Assembly: GCA_951406725.2 (NCBI GenBank)
Contig: OX597824.1
Coordinates: 95,046,001 to 95,110,000 of the forward strand
DNA: 64,000 nt
Reading direction: 5' to 3'
Source of the DNA: Octopus vulgaris
Taxonomy: Eukaryota
Position numbers and translations under genes: made by a program. Positions 26,068 to 37,267 of the stretch are shown one piece after another. Numbering within the stretch: the first letter of the stretch is position 1; each line of letters opens with the position of its first letter. Under the pieces are notes generated by a model that saw only the letters and a list, made by a program, of their open reading frames with translations, did not search any database and had not been told where the DNA came from.

Positions 26068-29000
26068 AGGAGCCAAAGGAGTTTTCAACTCAGTTTCAGT
26101 TCCTTATCAGAATTATTTTACCATACCCAATGTGATCAAGAAATCCAGGGAATGTTACACCTTAAAATTATCAGTATTTATTTACTTTTTTAAACCTGAT
26201 ACTTATTCTGTCATTCTCTTTTGTTGAACCACTAAGTTATGGGGATGTAAACACACCAAGACCAGTTGTTAAGTGGTGAGGGGGGACAAACATATACATA
26301 CACACAAGCTTCTTTCAGTTTCCGTCTACCAAGACACTTGTTCAATGTGACATGCAGTGGGACTGAACCTGGAACCACATGGTTGGGAAGCAAAGTTCTT
26401 AACCACACGGCTACAGTGAATTCAAATACACCCAACTTCCAACCTTACATTCATAGATAAAATAGGAAACTGTGTGGAAGCCTCTCAGATGAAGGGTACC
26501 TGTAAAGTACCAGTAATTTAAATGTCCACCATTGTCACACCCTATCATGCCAATTCTGCCTGAAAATTCTGTTATAAATATACATGGCTGTGATATACTC
26601 AACCATTTACACATTAATTAGTAATTAATTCACATGATTGGCCCTGGCACTTTGGGTGCCATGTGGTGGTGTTAAACTTTCTCCACCTTGCCTGCTCTTT
26701 CAATTATATCGCACCTGCCCGTCAAGGTATGGCATTATACAAAGTAACAGTAAATAAATGTTTCTTCACCACTTCGATCGCTGTTCTTTCATCTTGCACA
26801 TCTGCAACAGCAACACCCATTACAATCGCTAACTGCCAACAACCAACACTTATCACCTCAACTACTATTACAACTAGTGACCACTGACTCCACCTTAACC
26901 AACCGTTACAACAGCGTAATGCCCTCTCCTGTTGTCGACTGTTTTAATGGAGCAAGTTGAAATAGGTTTTTACATTAGCTTTCATTTGTAACAAACAAAC
27001 AAAAGAGAAGTTGTTTCACCTAATTTAGACACCTCCATTTCGTGTCTGCTAAGAATGCCAAGAATAAAAATGAGCCGAGTGTGTTGTTTTCCTCGTGCAC
27101 TCACTGACTTGAACCAGCTTGAATTACTAGTGATAAAAATTTAAACAGACCAACGATTTGGTGTTATATTACAAAGGAAATTTTAAGCTTGTGGTAAACG
27201 TTTTGTTATATTATTGTTTTGCTATTAAAGAAATTCTGACAGTCGTGTGATAGAGGCAGTATGGTGTCTCCCTGTCACCAAACCTTATCTGATTCCAAAC
27301 AAGGTAATGTTTCCCCTTAGTCAGACATGTTTTTCTCAGAATATTAGAAATGAATGACATTGCTTGTATAACAGTGACACTCATTTACAATTACCATATG
27401 AGCAAACACATTTATGTCAAGCTTCTTTTAGTTTCCATTTACCAAATTCACCCATAAGGTTTTGGTTACCCTTGTGGCAGTGATAGAAGACACTTGCCCA
27501 AAGGTGCCACACAGTGGGACTGAACCCAAAACCATGTGGTCCACACACCCTCTTTGAATTCAAATGCCCCCCATCTCCCTCTGGTCCCACAAGGGTTGAT
27601 AAAATACGGGTGTAGCTTCGTGGATCTTCATCAGTTTCATTGATGAGTACACAGTTAATTGATCATGTTGACTAATGACTGGCTCATTGCACTTTTATCT
27701 TTTATTTAGTTTAGTCATTAGACTGTGGCCATGCTGGGGCACCACCTTGAATTTTCTTTTTGGTCAAATGAACCGACCCTGGTATTTTATCAGGCTCTTT
27801 TGCCAAATTGCTAAGTTAAGGGGGTGTAAACACTCCAATGCTGGCTGTGAAGCAATGGTGGGGGACAAACACACACTCATATATATATATATACATATAT
27901 ATATATAATGGGCTTCTTTCAGTTTCCGTCAACCAAATCCATTGTCAAGGCCTTGGTCAGCCTGGGGCTTATAAAGTAAAAGACACTTACCCGAGGTGTC
28001 ACTGAACCTGAAACCATGTGGTTGGGAAGCAAGCTTCTTACCATGCAGCCACTCCTGCGCCTATGTGTAAAACAGCTAAACATTTCACAGCCATGTGCCC
28101 ATGTCACCTTGTCCCTTGAGGGGCCACCTACACACCTTATCATCACTATCGCTTCACAGCTACTACTGATTTTTTTTTTCTCACTCTCTCCTCTAAATGT
28201 AAGTAGCCATGTAACCCCTACAACAAGAACCTGCACTGCCCCAACCCCTTTCTCCCATACCTTAGCCCTTATCCTGTAACATAAAGCTACCCTCTTATCT
28301 TAGGTTTCATGGTGCAGCACCTATGACTTTTGGAAACACTTTTTTCATGCTCAGAATTGTTGAAGCGTGGATAAACTACCCAGAGTGGTTCTTAGCTGTC
28401 AGAATACTGCACCCTTCAAAAAAACTTCATGCTTCCTGAAATTCACCAACACTACTATTATTATTATTATTATTATTATGATGATGTGCTGGACGAAATG
28501 TTTAACAGTATTTCACCTGTCACTACATTCTGAGTTCAAATTCCACTAGGGTCAACTTTGCCTTTCATTTTTCCAGGGTCGATTAAATAAATACCAGTTA
28601 TGCACTGGGGTCGATGTAATCGACTTAATCCCTTCCCCCACATTTGAAGCCTTGTGCTTCCAGTAGAAAGAATTAATATCATGATGATATTGGACAAATC
28701 TAAAAATTCTGAAATCATCTTAATCATAGTAAACATGGCAATTTGTCTTTCTCCTCCTCCTCTTCAATCCTTACCATTCCCTCGATGACGCTGGATTAAG
28801 TCGTATCCACCAGCGAGGAGATAAGAAGATATTAAATGCTGGCTGCGTCTACCATCTTGGGGATGTGAGCATATAACTTGCTTCATGGATTAGTTTGTGG
28901 CTTGTTAGCTTGGAGATTTTAAAATGTTTTAAGCAGGTATGTGAATTGGCCAGGCCTACCAACTTCACAAACAGTTAGAGTAATCGTACCTAATAGATTG

Positions 29001-29659
29001 TATGGAGACATGAAGATGCAAGATGTTGCAGGGATTAGTTATGTCTGAAATATCTGCAAGTAAAAAAACATCGACTTTAATCCCAAGTGTCTGACATATA
29101 AAACACTCTAAGACAAGGAACAAACAACTCGGCTTTTATGCCTGATAAATTTTATATTCTCTGTGATTATCATATCAGTTTTATGCCGCTTTTACACGAC
29201 ACCACATGTATTTGTGTACATATGTATGTATATTTGTGTGCATGAACAGACATACACTTGCAGGGCTTCCCTACAGTTTCCAGATATCAATTGCAGTTGC
29301 AAGGCATTGATATCGACCTGAGAGTACCGTAGATAAGAATTTGTCCAAGTAGCAGGCAGGAAGGTAAAGCTGAACAATAGGAACCCCTAATCCGTACACA
29401 CACATACCCCACCCTCCACCCTGCCACATCAATGTGTGCACAGATGTGAGTTTGTAGAATATACTTCATAAAAGAGTATAATATTTGATCCGGGTTCCAG
29501 ATTTGCTGGTTTTGCCGCTGCTTCAATTAACTTCTATCGGCATTTCAATGTAGCGTTTCTTTGTTTTGGAAATCTGAATTTAGAGAAAAAAAGAGTGTTT
29601 TTCATTTAGAACGAAAACAAACCTGGTGGTAGCCATTATAGCATTATGTAATAATAACC

Positions 29660-29917
29660 TTATGTATGTGTGTGAGTGTGTGTACATATCTGTGCATTTA
29701 TATATGTAGGTATATATGTATATATGTGTGTATGTCTGTTGTGTATATATATATATATATGTATGCGTGCATGTGTGTACATATCTGTGCATATGTGTAT
29801 GTAAACGTGTGTGTATATCTGTTGTATATATATGTGTATCTGTGTGTATAATGTTTGTATGTATATGTATGTGTGTATACACACATACATATATATACAT
29901 ACATACACACATACATA
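29660..29917. repeat. Compound (TA)n/(TG)n microsatellite
   Basis: Direct inspection. Confidence 0.9.
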
Positions 29918-30197
29918 CCTCAACTTACATTGGTGGTAACTGGTCCCAAAACCTGGCTTAACTCCAAAAAAAACTGAAGCAACACAAAAAAGGCAGTTTT
30001 TCAAATCTATTCGTAAACTAATGATTTAGTTTAATACATGATTTCTATATATTTTCACCTGCATTTCGTTTAATCCCCCCCCCATCCGCTGTCGAGTTTC
30101 TCTCTCTATTTATCAATATGGTTGATAGTCTCTTTGTCTTTGTGATGTCACTTTCTTCCCAAGATTGCAATACCAGAAAACCATTGGCAATATGCAA

Positions 30198-30510
30198 ATT
30201 ATCATCATCATCATCATCCTTGCTGTCATTGTATCCTTGTTGTCATCATCATTATCCTTATCAGTATCACCATCATCTCTATCTTTGTCATCATCGTATC
30301 CTTGTTGTCATCATCATTATCCTTATCGGTGTCATCATTGTCATCTTTATCCTTGTCATCGTCATCATTATTATCCTTATCTTTGTCATCATCATCTTTA
30401 TCTTTGTCATCATCATCATTATCCTTGTCATTGTTGTATCCTTGTTGTCATCATCATTATTATTGCCATCGTCATCACCTTTATCCTTGTCATCTTCATC
30501 ATCATTGTCC
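30198..30510. repeat. (ATC)-derived minisatellite with ~18-21-bp units (tcatcatcattatccttg)
   Basis: Degenerate tandem units; source of several low-complexity ORFs in the track. Confidence 0.85.
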
Positions 30511-30706
30511 AAGAACTGAACCCACAATCTTGTGATGATGAAAGGTTAGAGTGTGGTAGACACACAGAAACAGGTGTCGTGTGAAATTGTTATGGTGGGG
30601 CATCATTTAAAAAAAAAAAACTGTAAAAACATTTTCTCCAGACTCTTTTTAAAATCAAATATCACACAGGACTTCAGTTGGGATTCTTTTTTCTCTCGTT
30701 TTGCAG

Positions 30707-30831
30707 GCAATATTTTTGGCATGACGAAAAGGGCAAGAAGTTCAAGTGTACAGCTCCAGAATATGTAGATTATGTTATGTCATTTATCCAGAAGGATATT
30801 CTAGAAGAATCCATTTTCCCAACAAAGTTTG
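30707..30831 (+). CDS. MOB2: MOB2 internal exon (QYFWHDEKGKKFKCTAPEYVDYVMSFIQKDILEESIFPTKFG)
   Basis: Acceptor ctcgttttgcag, donor gtaagt. Peptide closely resembles MOB2 QYYWYDERGKKVKCTAPQYVDFVM...FPTKYG. Confidence 0.96.
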
Positions 30832-30871
30832 GTAAGTGTAAAAGATTTTCTTTCATATCAGATTTCCTTCG

Positions 30872-31242
30872 TTTATTACCTCCGCCTTCGCTAAGGCAGA
30901 AGAATTGTTTCCAGTTGTGTTTGCTTGTTCATCCATGGACAAGATATCTCAAGAACCACTGGATGGATTTGGATGAAACTTTCAGGAATGTTTGGCCTCG
31001 TGACTGGCACGAATTGACTAAGATTTTGGGATCAATCTGGTATTGGACAAGGATTCTGGATTATTTATCCATTTTTTTTTTTGTTACTTAATTTTTGAGA
31101 GCAATCAGGTTCATTTTTTGTATTCTCATTTCCATGCTTCAGCAGTCACGTTTATTTAAGATATTCTCATTTTAAAAATCATCTCCGGCTAAACATTGAG
31201 AGGACTTACCTTGGCGGAGGTTTGCACTCTCTGAGTGCTCTT
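30872..31242 (+). mobile_element. Helentron-associated (HINE/DINE-like) non-autonomous element
   Basis: Subterminal inverted repeats acctccgcc / ggcggaggt, 3' hairpin gcactc-gagtgc, T-rich insertion site. Confidence 0.7.
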
Positions 31243-31634
31243 ATTTATTTATCGGTACTTTTTGGGAGTTCTTTTTTATTTTTTATTTATTGCTTTACCA
31301 TTCTCAGTGTTAGTAAAGTAACAGTTGAACTAGCAGTGTCGTAGTTACTTCCCTTGTTAACTACGTATCTGCTTCCTTTGTGACTCCTTCAGGGATGTTG
31401 AATAAGAGATCCCTTCCTTGAAAACCTGGTGAAGGTTAGTGCCAGGAAAGACAATATCTCAATAATATATCCATCTATCCCATGGAAACATTAGCATAAA
31501 ACGAATGAACATATAGTTTTATTTTTACAGATTTTAATAATTCAGCAAAGAAGTTCCATTCAAAGCTCTTCTGCAACAAACTAGTTTGAATTTGTAAATG
31601 CAGTTGAACGAAGCTGTTGGGTCTGTAATCATAT

Positions 31635-31893
31635 TTGTTTGTTTGTTTCTTCTTGAGCCATGCCTGGCTCATAAGGACCGATTTCCCGGTTTCTTTGGCG
31701 TATAGGTTCCCCACCTGGACGGGATGCCGGTCTGTTGCAGGTGAGCTGCAAGATGCAGGAGGAAAAAGTGAAAGAAAGTTGTGGCGAAAGAGTCAGCAGA
31801 AGTTCGCCATTACCTTCTGCCAGAGTCGTGTGGAGCTTAGGTGTTTCGCTCATAAAACACACACATCACCTGGTCTGTGATTCGAACCCCTGA
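31635..31893 (-). mobile_element. Additional SINE family fragment
   Basis: B-box-like gattcgaaccc and ctggacgggaygcc(a/g)gtc core, shared with ~34505-34700 and ~39480-39680. Confidence 0.55.
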
Positions 31894-32587
31894 GTAATCA
31901 TATTTAACTTGTATTAAGTCCTGTTTTTGATATCTGGTCTCCTTTAGTCTTTCATTCAACAATTGTCATATCTCACCATCATCATCTAACGTCTGCTTTC
32001 CATGATGGCATGGGTCAGACATGTTGACAGGAACAAACGAGCTAGAAGAATGTATTGAGCTCCAACGTTAGCTTTGGCCCGATTTCTATGCACATTATAC
32101 ATACACACCTCTGAGAGTTTTTAAAGACTCTACATAACTTTACCTTCATATGTTAAAATGAATGAAAAAGAAATTTGGCTTTGATTACAGAGACTATTTA
32201 TCTCCCCTTACACTAAATGTATGTGTAATATATATATATTTAATGCTTGTCAATGAGGGGCTCTGCTCTGTCAACCTTCTCCCCAGCCACCCACATTTCA
32301 TTCCCTAACACCTAAAGAGCACTGGTGATGGTGCCATGTAAAAAGGACTGGTGATGTTGCTGCATCTAAGGCACCCACTACACTCTATAAAGTGGCTGGC
32401 ATCTGTAGAAACTCTGCCAAAACAGACAGTGAAGCCTGGTACAACTTCTGGCCTTGTCAGCTCTTGTCAGACAGTTCCAACCCGTGGAAAATAAAAGTTA
32501 AATGATGATGATGGTTTAACATATGTCTAATGTATATTTGTGTCTCTAAAACATAACTGAAATCTTGTCGTTTGTTCTTCGTTCCAG

Positions 32588-32970
32588 GCAATGCTTTCCC
32601 CAGTACGTTCCAAATGATAGTGAAGAGGATCCACCGCTACCTGTTCCACGTGTTAGCTCACATATACCATGCTCATTACAATGAAGTGCACATCCTCGGC
32701 CTTCACGGTCACCTGAATACACTCTTTGCACATTTCATGGTCTTCAACCTTCGCTATGACTTGCTAGAAGAAAAAGAGACCGATGTGCTCCAAGACTTGA
32801 TAAAGGCCCTGACCACATTTGTACCTGCTGAAACTATGAACCCCTTGACTTCGACGTCTGGGGAAGAGGGCGCAGCAGATAGTGACAATACTGCCCAAGC
32901 GACAGCAACGGCAGGACCGCTTGTATCATCTTCCACGAATGAATTAGAAACAGAAGTGACACAAACTTAA
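32588..32970 (+). CDS. MOB2: MOB2 last coding exon (GNAFPSTFQMIVKRIHRYLFHVLAHIYHAH...LHGHLNTLFAHF...TEVTQT*)
   Basis: Acceptor ttcttcgttccag with phase-1 join. The LFHVLAHIY-H and LHGHLNTL motifs fit the MOB2 subfamily. TAA stop at 32968-32970. Confidence 0.96.
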
Positions 32971-34096
32971 TGATTGCTAGCTTTACACCTTCCACATATT
33001 AGAGAGGGGGCAGGAAGGGGAGGAATAGATTGAAACAAACAAACAACAAAAGAAAACAACAAGGAAACAAAACAACCATAACAAAAAATGGTAACAAAAA
33101 ATATTAAAAAAAAAAAAAGAAAAGAAAAGGTGTAGTAAGCTGTAGAAGCTGCAACATGAAGAACAAGAAGAATCTAATTCTATTTTACTGCAAATTGTTC
33201 AGTCAGATCTCAAGCGCATGTTCTGCTCGTGTGTGTGTGTGTGTGTGTGTTTGCTTTGATAATAGCCAGCTTCCTCTCTGTTTTGTGTACAGCAATAATA
33301 ACAAACGATCCCATTGATTAGAAGTAGAGAAGAAAAGAAAGAAAATGACGGAGCATTGGACAGTGTCCAGGAGAGAAATCCTCCTCCCCCACCCCTTTTG
33401 GAACCCCCTAATTCAAAAGTCGTGGCTGTAGTCTTCGTTCTGCATCAAACCGAAAGGATCAGGAAAAAAAGAAAAAAAACTTAGGCGAAAAAAAAGAAAC
33501 GAAAGTGATATTCTGTGTGAGCGAGTGCGTGATGGTGATTGCATGTGTACATGTGCGTAAGGCCATGTGGATACAGTCACACATGCATGGCTAGGGCTAT
33601 TCTTCCAATTACCATGTAGCCATTTTTGTTGGGTTTTTTTTTTTTTCTTATACGTGACAAAACATGAAAAGCTGCACCAAATGGGATCAGATATTTATTT
33701 TCATTTTTTGACATTTGTTATTTATTTTTTATCTTCAACTACCCCCACCCCTTTCCCCTCCCCACTAAACGTGTTTAAGTTAACATATGTGCACACACAC
33801 ACACTAACACACACTCAACCACACACCTCAATGATGTATGTATAAATATACCCCATACATTTGTATGTGTTTTTGACATACACACACAGACACACACCTA
33901 ATTGATTAGAAGAAGCTACATCCTCTCGGCTCCCTTGTTGCTGTTTCCGTGTCCCCTTCACTTTTCCAGAAATCTCTACTGACACTGGAATCCAATCAGT
34001 GGAATCCATCCTTGAAGATAAAAAAAAACCCAACTCAAGAACAACAAAAATCTTATCTCTAACTTATTTATAATTAATTCTTTAATTCTATGATAA

Positions 34097-34102
34097 AATA
34101 AA
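34097..34102 (+). promoter_or_regulatory. Candidate MOB2 polyadenylation signal (AATAAA), implying a ~1.1-kb 3' UTR
   Basis: AATAAA near the end of a largely TE-free stretch downstream of the MOB2 stop; an ATTAAA follows about 35 nt later. Confidence 0.4.
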
Positions 34103-34743
34103 AACCAAATACAAAAAAATGTTTCATTTCTATTAAATTTCCTGGAATATTTTTAACTTATTAAACTAAGATTATGAATGATTTAAGATTTTCAATGTAA
34201 AATTGTATTAAACATTGCCAGCACCGATCTATGACAGAAAAAAAAAACAAGTCCACCTGCAGGACTTGAACCATGTATCCCTCATTCACCTGATGACCAC
34301 ACTATTAATTATACTACAGAGATTATCCTCTGTTCTCCTTTCTGTCTCAAATTTGTGCTCGTAATGTTTAAATTATTTCTATTCACCTGTTTTGATAATT
34401 ATTATATTTGTTCATGTTTGATAATTTATGATAATTTATGTTTAATAATTATCGTCTTAACACACACTTAATGGTTAGTCTATGTTAATCCTTAAGGAGA
34501 ATAAGGATGGTTTCTTGGATCTCTGGCTGATATATTCCATTCCTCCCTGGACGGGACACAGGGGTATTCATTTTTACCAGCTCAGTGAACTAGCACAATG
34601 TGAAATGAAGTGCTTTGCTGAAGAACATAATTTATTGCCAGGTCCAGGAATTGAAACCACAGCCTTATGATCATGAATCCTAACCATTAAGCTACGTGTC
34701 ACTCTCTCTATATATATGTATATATATATCTATATATTGTATA

Positions 34744-35085
34744 AAGGATCAAGGGTAAGGCCAGAACAATGCAAAGTAAATGCAAGGTAAATCCCAAGAA
34801 AACAAATATATGAATTAATGTAGACTTACCTTGCATTCAATATTTCAGGGTTATGACCCCATTTTCAAGAAATTTACAAATGTTGGTGATGTGTGTGTAC
34901 ACACGCACATCGCCAACATTCGTTAATTTGGGTCATAACCCCAAAATATTGAATGCAAGGTAAGTCTACATTAATTCATATATTTGTTTTCTTGTGATTT
35001 ACCTTCCATTTACTTTGCATTGTTTTGGCCTTACTCACGATCCTTGAACACCACCCTGTACATAATGTTTCATAGTAATTATTCT
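34744..35085. mobile_element. ~300-bp near-perfect palindrome plus a 40-nt tail (fold-back element)
   Basis: Arms 34744-34898 and 34899-35045, embedded between (TA)n tracts. Confidence 0.7.
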
Positions 35086-35146
35086 ATATACATACATACA
35101 CACACATACATACATGCATATATATGCATACATATATACATGCATA

Positions 35147-35182
<36 letters not shown>

Positions 35183-35201
35183 CATACATACATAGATACA
35201 T

Positions 35202-35244
<43 letters not shown>

Positions 35245-35698
35245 CATACATACATACATATAGATACATATACATAGACATACATACAGGTGCCGGTGGC
35301 ACGTAAAAGCATCATCCGTTCGTGGCCGTTTGCCAGCTCCGTCTGGCACCTGTGCGGGTGGCACGTAAAAAGCACTCACGGAGTGGTTGGCGTTAGGAAG
35401 GGCATCCAGCCATAGAAACACTGCCAGATCTGACTGGGCCTGATGCAGCCTTCTGGCTTCACAGACCCCAGCTGAACCGTCCAACCCATGCTAGCATGGA
35501 AAACGGACGCTAAATGATGATGTATATATATATATATATAAATTAAAATAAGCAACAGGGATACCCAGAGGTAATGCAGTATGATCGTTTCAAGCAACTC
35601 CATTTAATTGAACAATGCAATCATTACATCAGTTTAAATGCAGAGAAATCTGGTGCCTCAACTTATGTACCTAATTCATCTGAATCTATATATATGAA

Positions 35699-35737
<39 letters not shown>

Positions 35738-35747
35738 ATATATAAAG

Positions 35748-36215
35748 TGTGGAGTGAAGTGAAAGTGTTTCAGGAGGCCAGGATGACACATGCAAGACTT
35801 GAGAGATTTCAAGAAGAATGTTGCGATCAAGAAGGTGAATCTCAGTGACCTTTTTGTGTGCCCAGTTTGTGACAGACCAAGCCTTCCTTTTGCTGGGCTC
35901 AAATCTCATTTAAGGACTCATGAAAAACAAACCCCCACCAACTATTCTGTCTGTCTGTCTGTGCACACTTTTCAATGCCGTGTATGCCAGAAGGTCTGCA
36001 AATCTAACGGAGGCCTCAAAAGACATTTTAAGATCCACAAAGGTCAGAGCTGATCTGCAGCCCTTGATGGTTCAAGTTGCATATACAATCTTTGTGGGTG
36101 TCTTTTCAACACATTGTCTGGTTTAAAAAGCCACATCAGACACCATGATGGATCTAAGGTGTAGGTACAGGAGATGGTCAGTCTCTGCACAAGGAGTGGA
36201 CAACCACCACATATA
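35748..36215 (+). mobile_element. 3' fragment of a LINE ORF with three C2H2 zinc fingers (RTE-type C-terminus), degenerate
   Basis: CPVC..GLKSHLRTH, CRVC..GLKRHFKIH and a broken third finger ..GLKSHIRHH; frameshift and stop; no splice context. Confidence 0.6.
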
Positions 36216-36584
36216 AGATGATGATGTATATATGTCAGTTCAAATGAACAAATAATAAAATTAACAGGCAACAAGAGGATGTGTGCAAGGAATGTATTAG
36301 TTTGATGCTCGGTAAAAAGAGAGATTTTGATGTTTCAAGCATAGCTCTTTGTCAGAAAGGGAACCAAATAAGGAAAAGAAGTTGCCAACAGCATGTGTAG
36401 TTACATTGCTGAAGTGTGTGTGTGTGTGTGAGTGAGTGTGTACCTCTTATCTGACATTCAGTTTATTATAAACTGGAACATTGGATGAGAGCTAAAGGTA
36501 GATTACCAAAAAAATGCACCAGCCTTAGCATTTTACTCAGGGAAATTTGGTATCTGCCTAGATTTCATGTTCCTCCTCTTGCTA

Positions 36585-36600
36585 TATACATATATATTAT

Positions 36601-36652
<52 letters not shown>

Positions 36653-36671
36653 CACACATATATATATATAT

Positions 36672-36716
<45 letters not shown>

Positions 36717-36769
36717 TATATATATATACACACATATATATATATACACACACATATATATACACACAC

Positions 36770-36800
<31 letters not shown>

Positions 36801-37082
36801 CACACATATATATATACACACACATATATATATACACACACATATATATATACACACATATATATATATACACACACATATATATATACACACATATATA
36901 TATATATACACATATATATATATATACACATATATATATATATACACACATATATATATATACACACATATATATATACACACACATATATATATACACA
37001 CACATATATATATATACACGCATATATATATATACACGCATATATATATATACACGCATATATATATATATATATATATATA
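36585..37082. repeat. ~500-bp (TA)n(CA)n compound microsatellite with ~18-bp higher-order period
   Basis: Direct inspection. Confidence 0.95.
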
Positions 37083-37236
37083 TCATCATCATCGTTTAAC
37101 GTCCGCTTTCCATGCTAGCATGGGTTGGACGGTTCAACTGGGGTCTGGGAAGCCAGAAGGCTGCACCAGGCCAGTCAGATCTGGTAGTGTTTCTACAGCT
37201 GGATCTGGATGCCCTTCCTAACGCCAACCACTCTAC

Positions 37237-37267
<31 letters not shown>

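Noticed and set aside
30118-30584. His-, Ser- and Ile-rich ORFs of 130-140 aa
   Set aside because: They arise from an (ATC)-based minisatellite that is open in several frames.
36533-37118. Long YIYI/CVYI ORFs (also 29580-30004, 34984-35484, 56222-56624)
   Set aside because: They are translations of (TA)n/(CA)n microsatellites.
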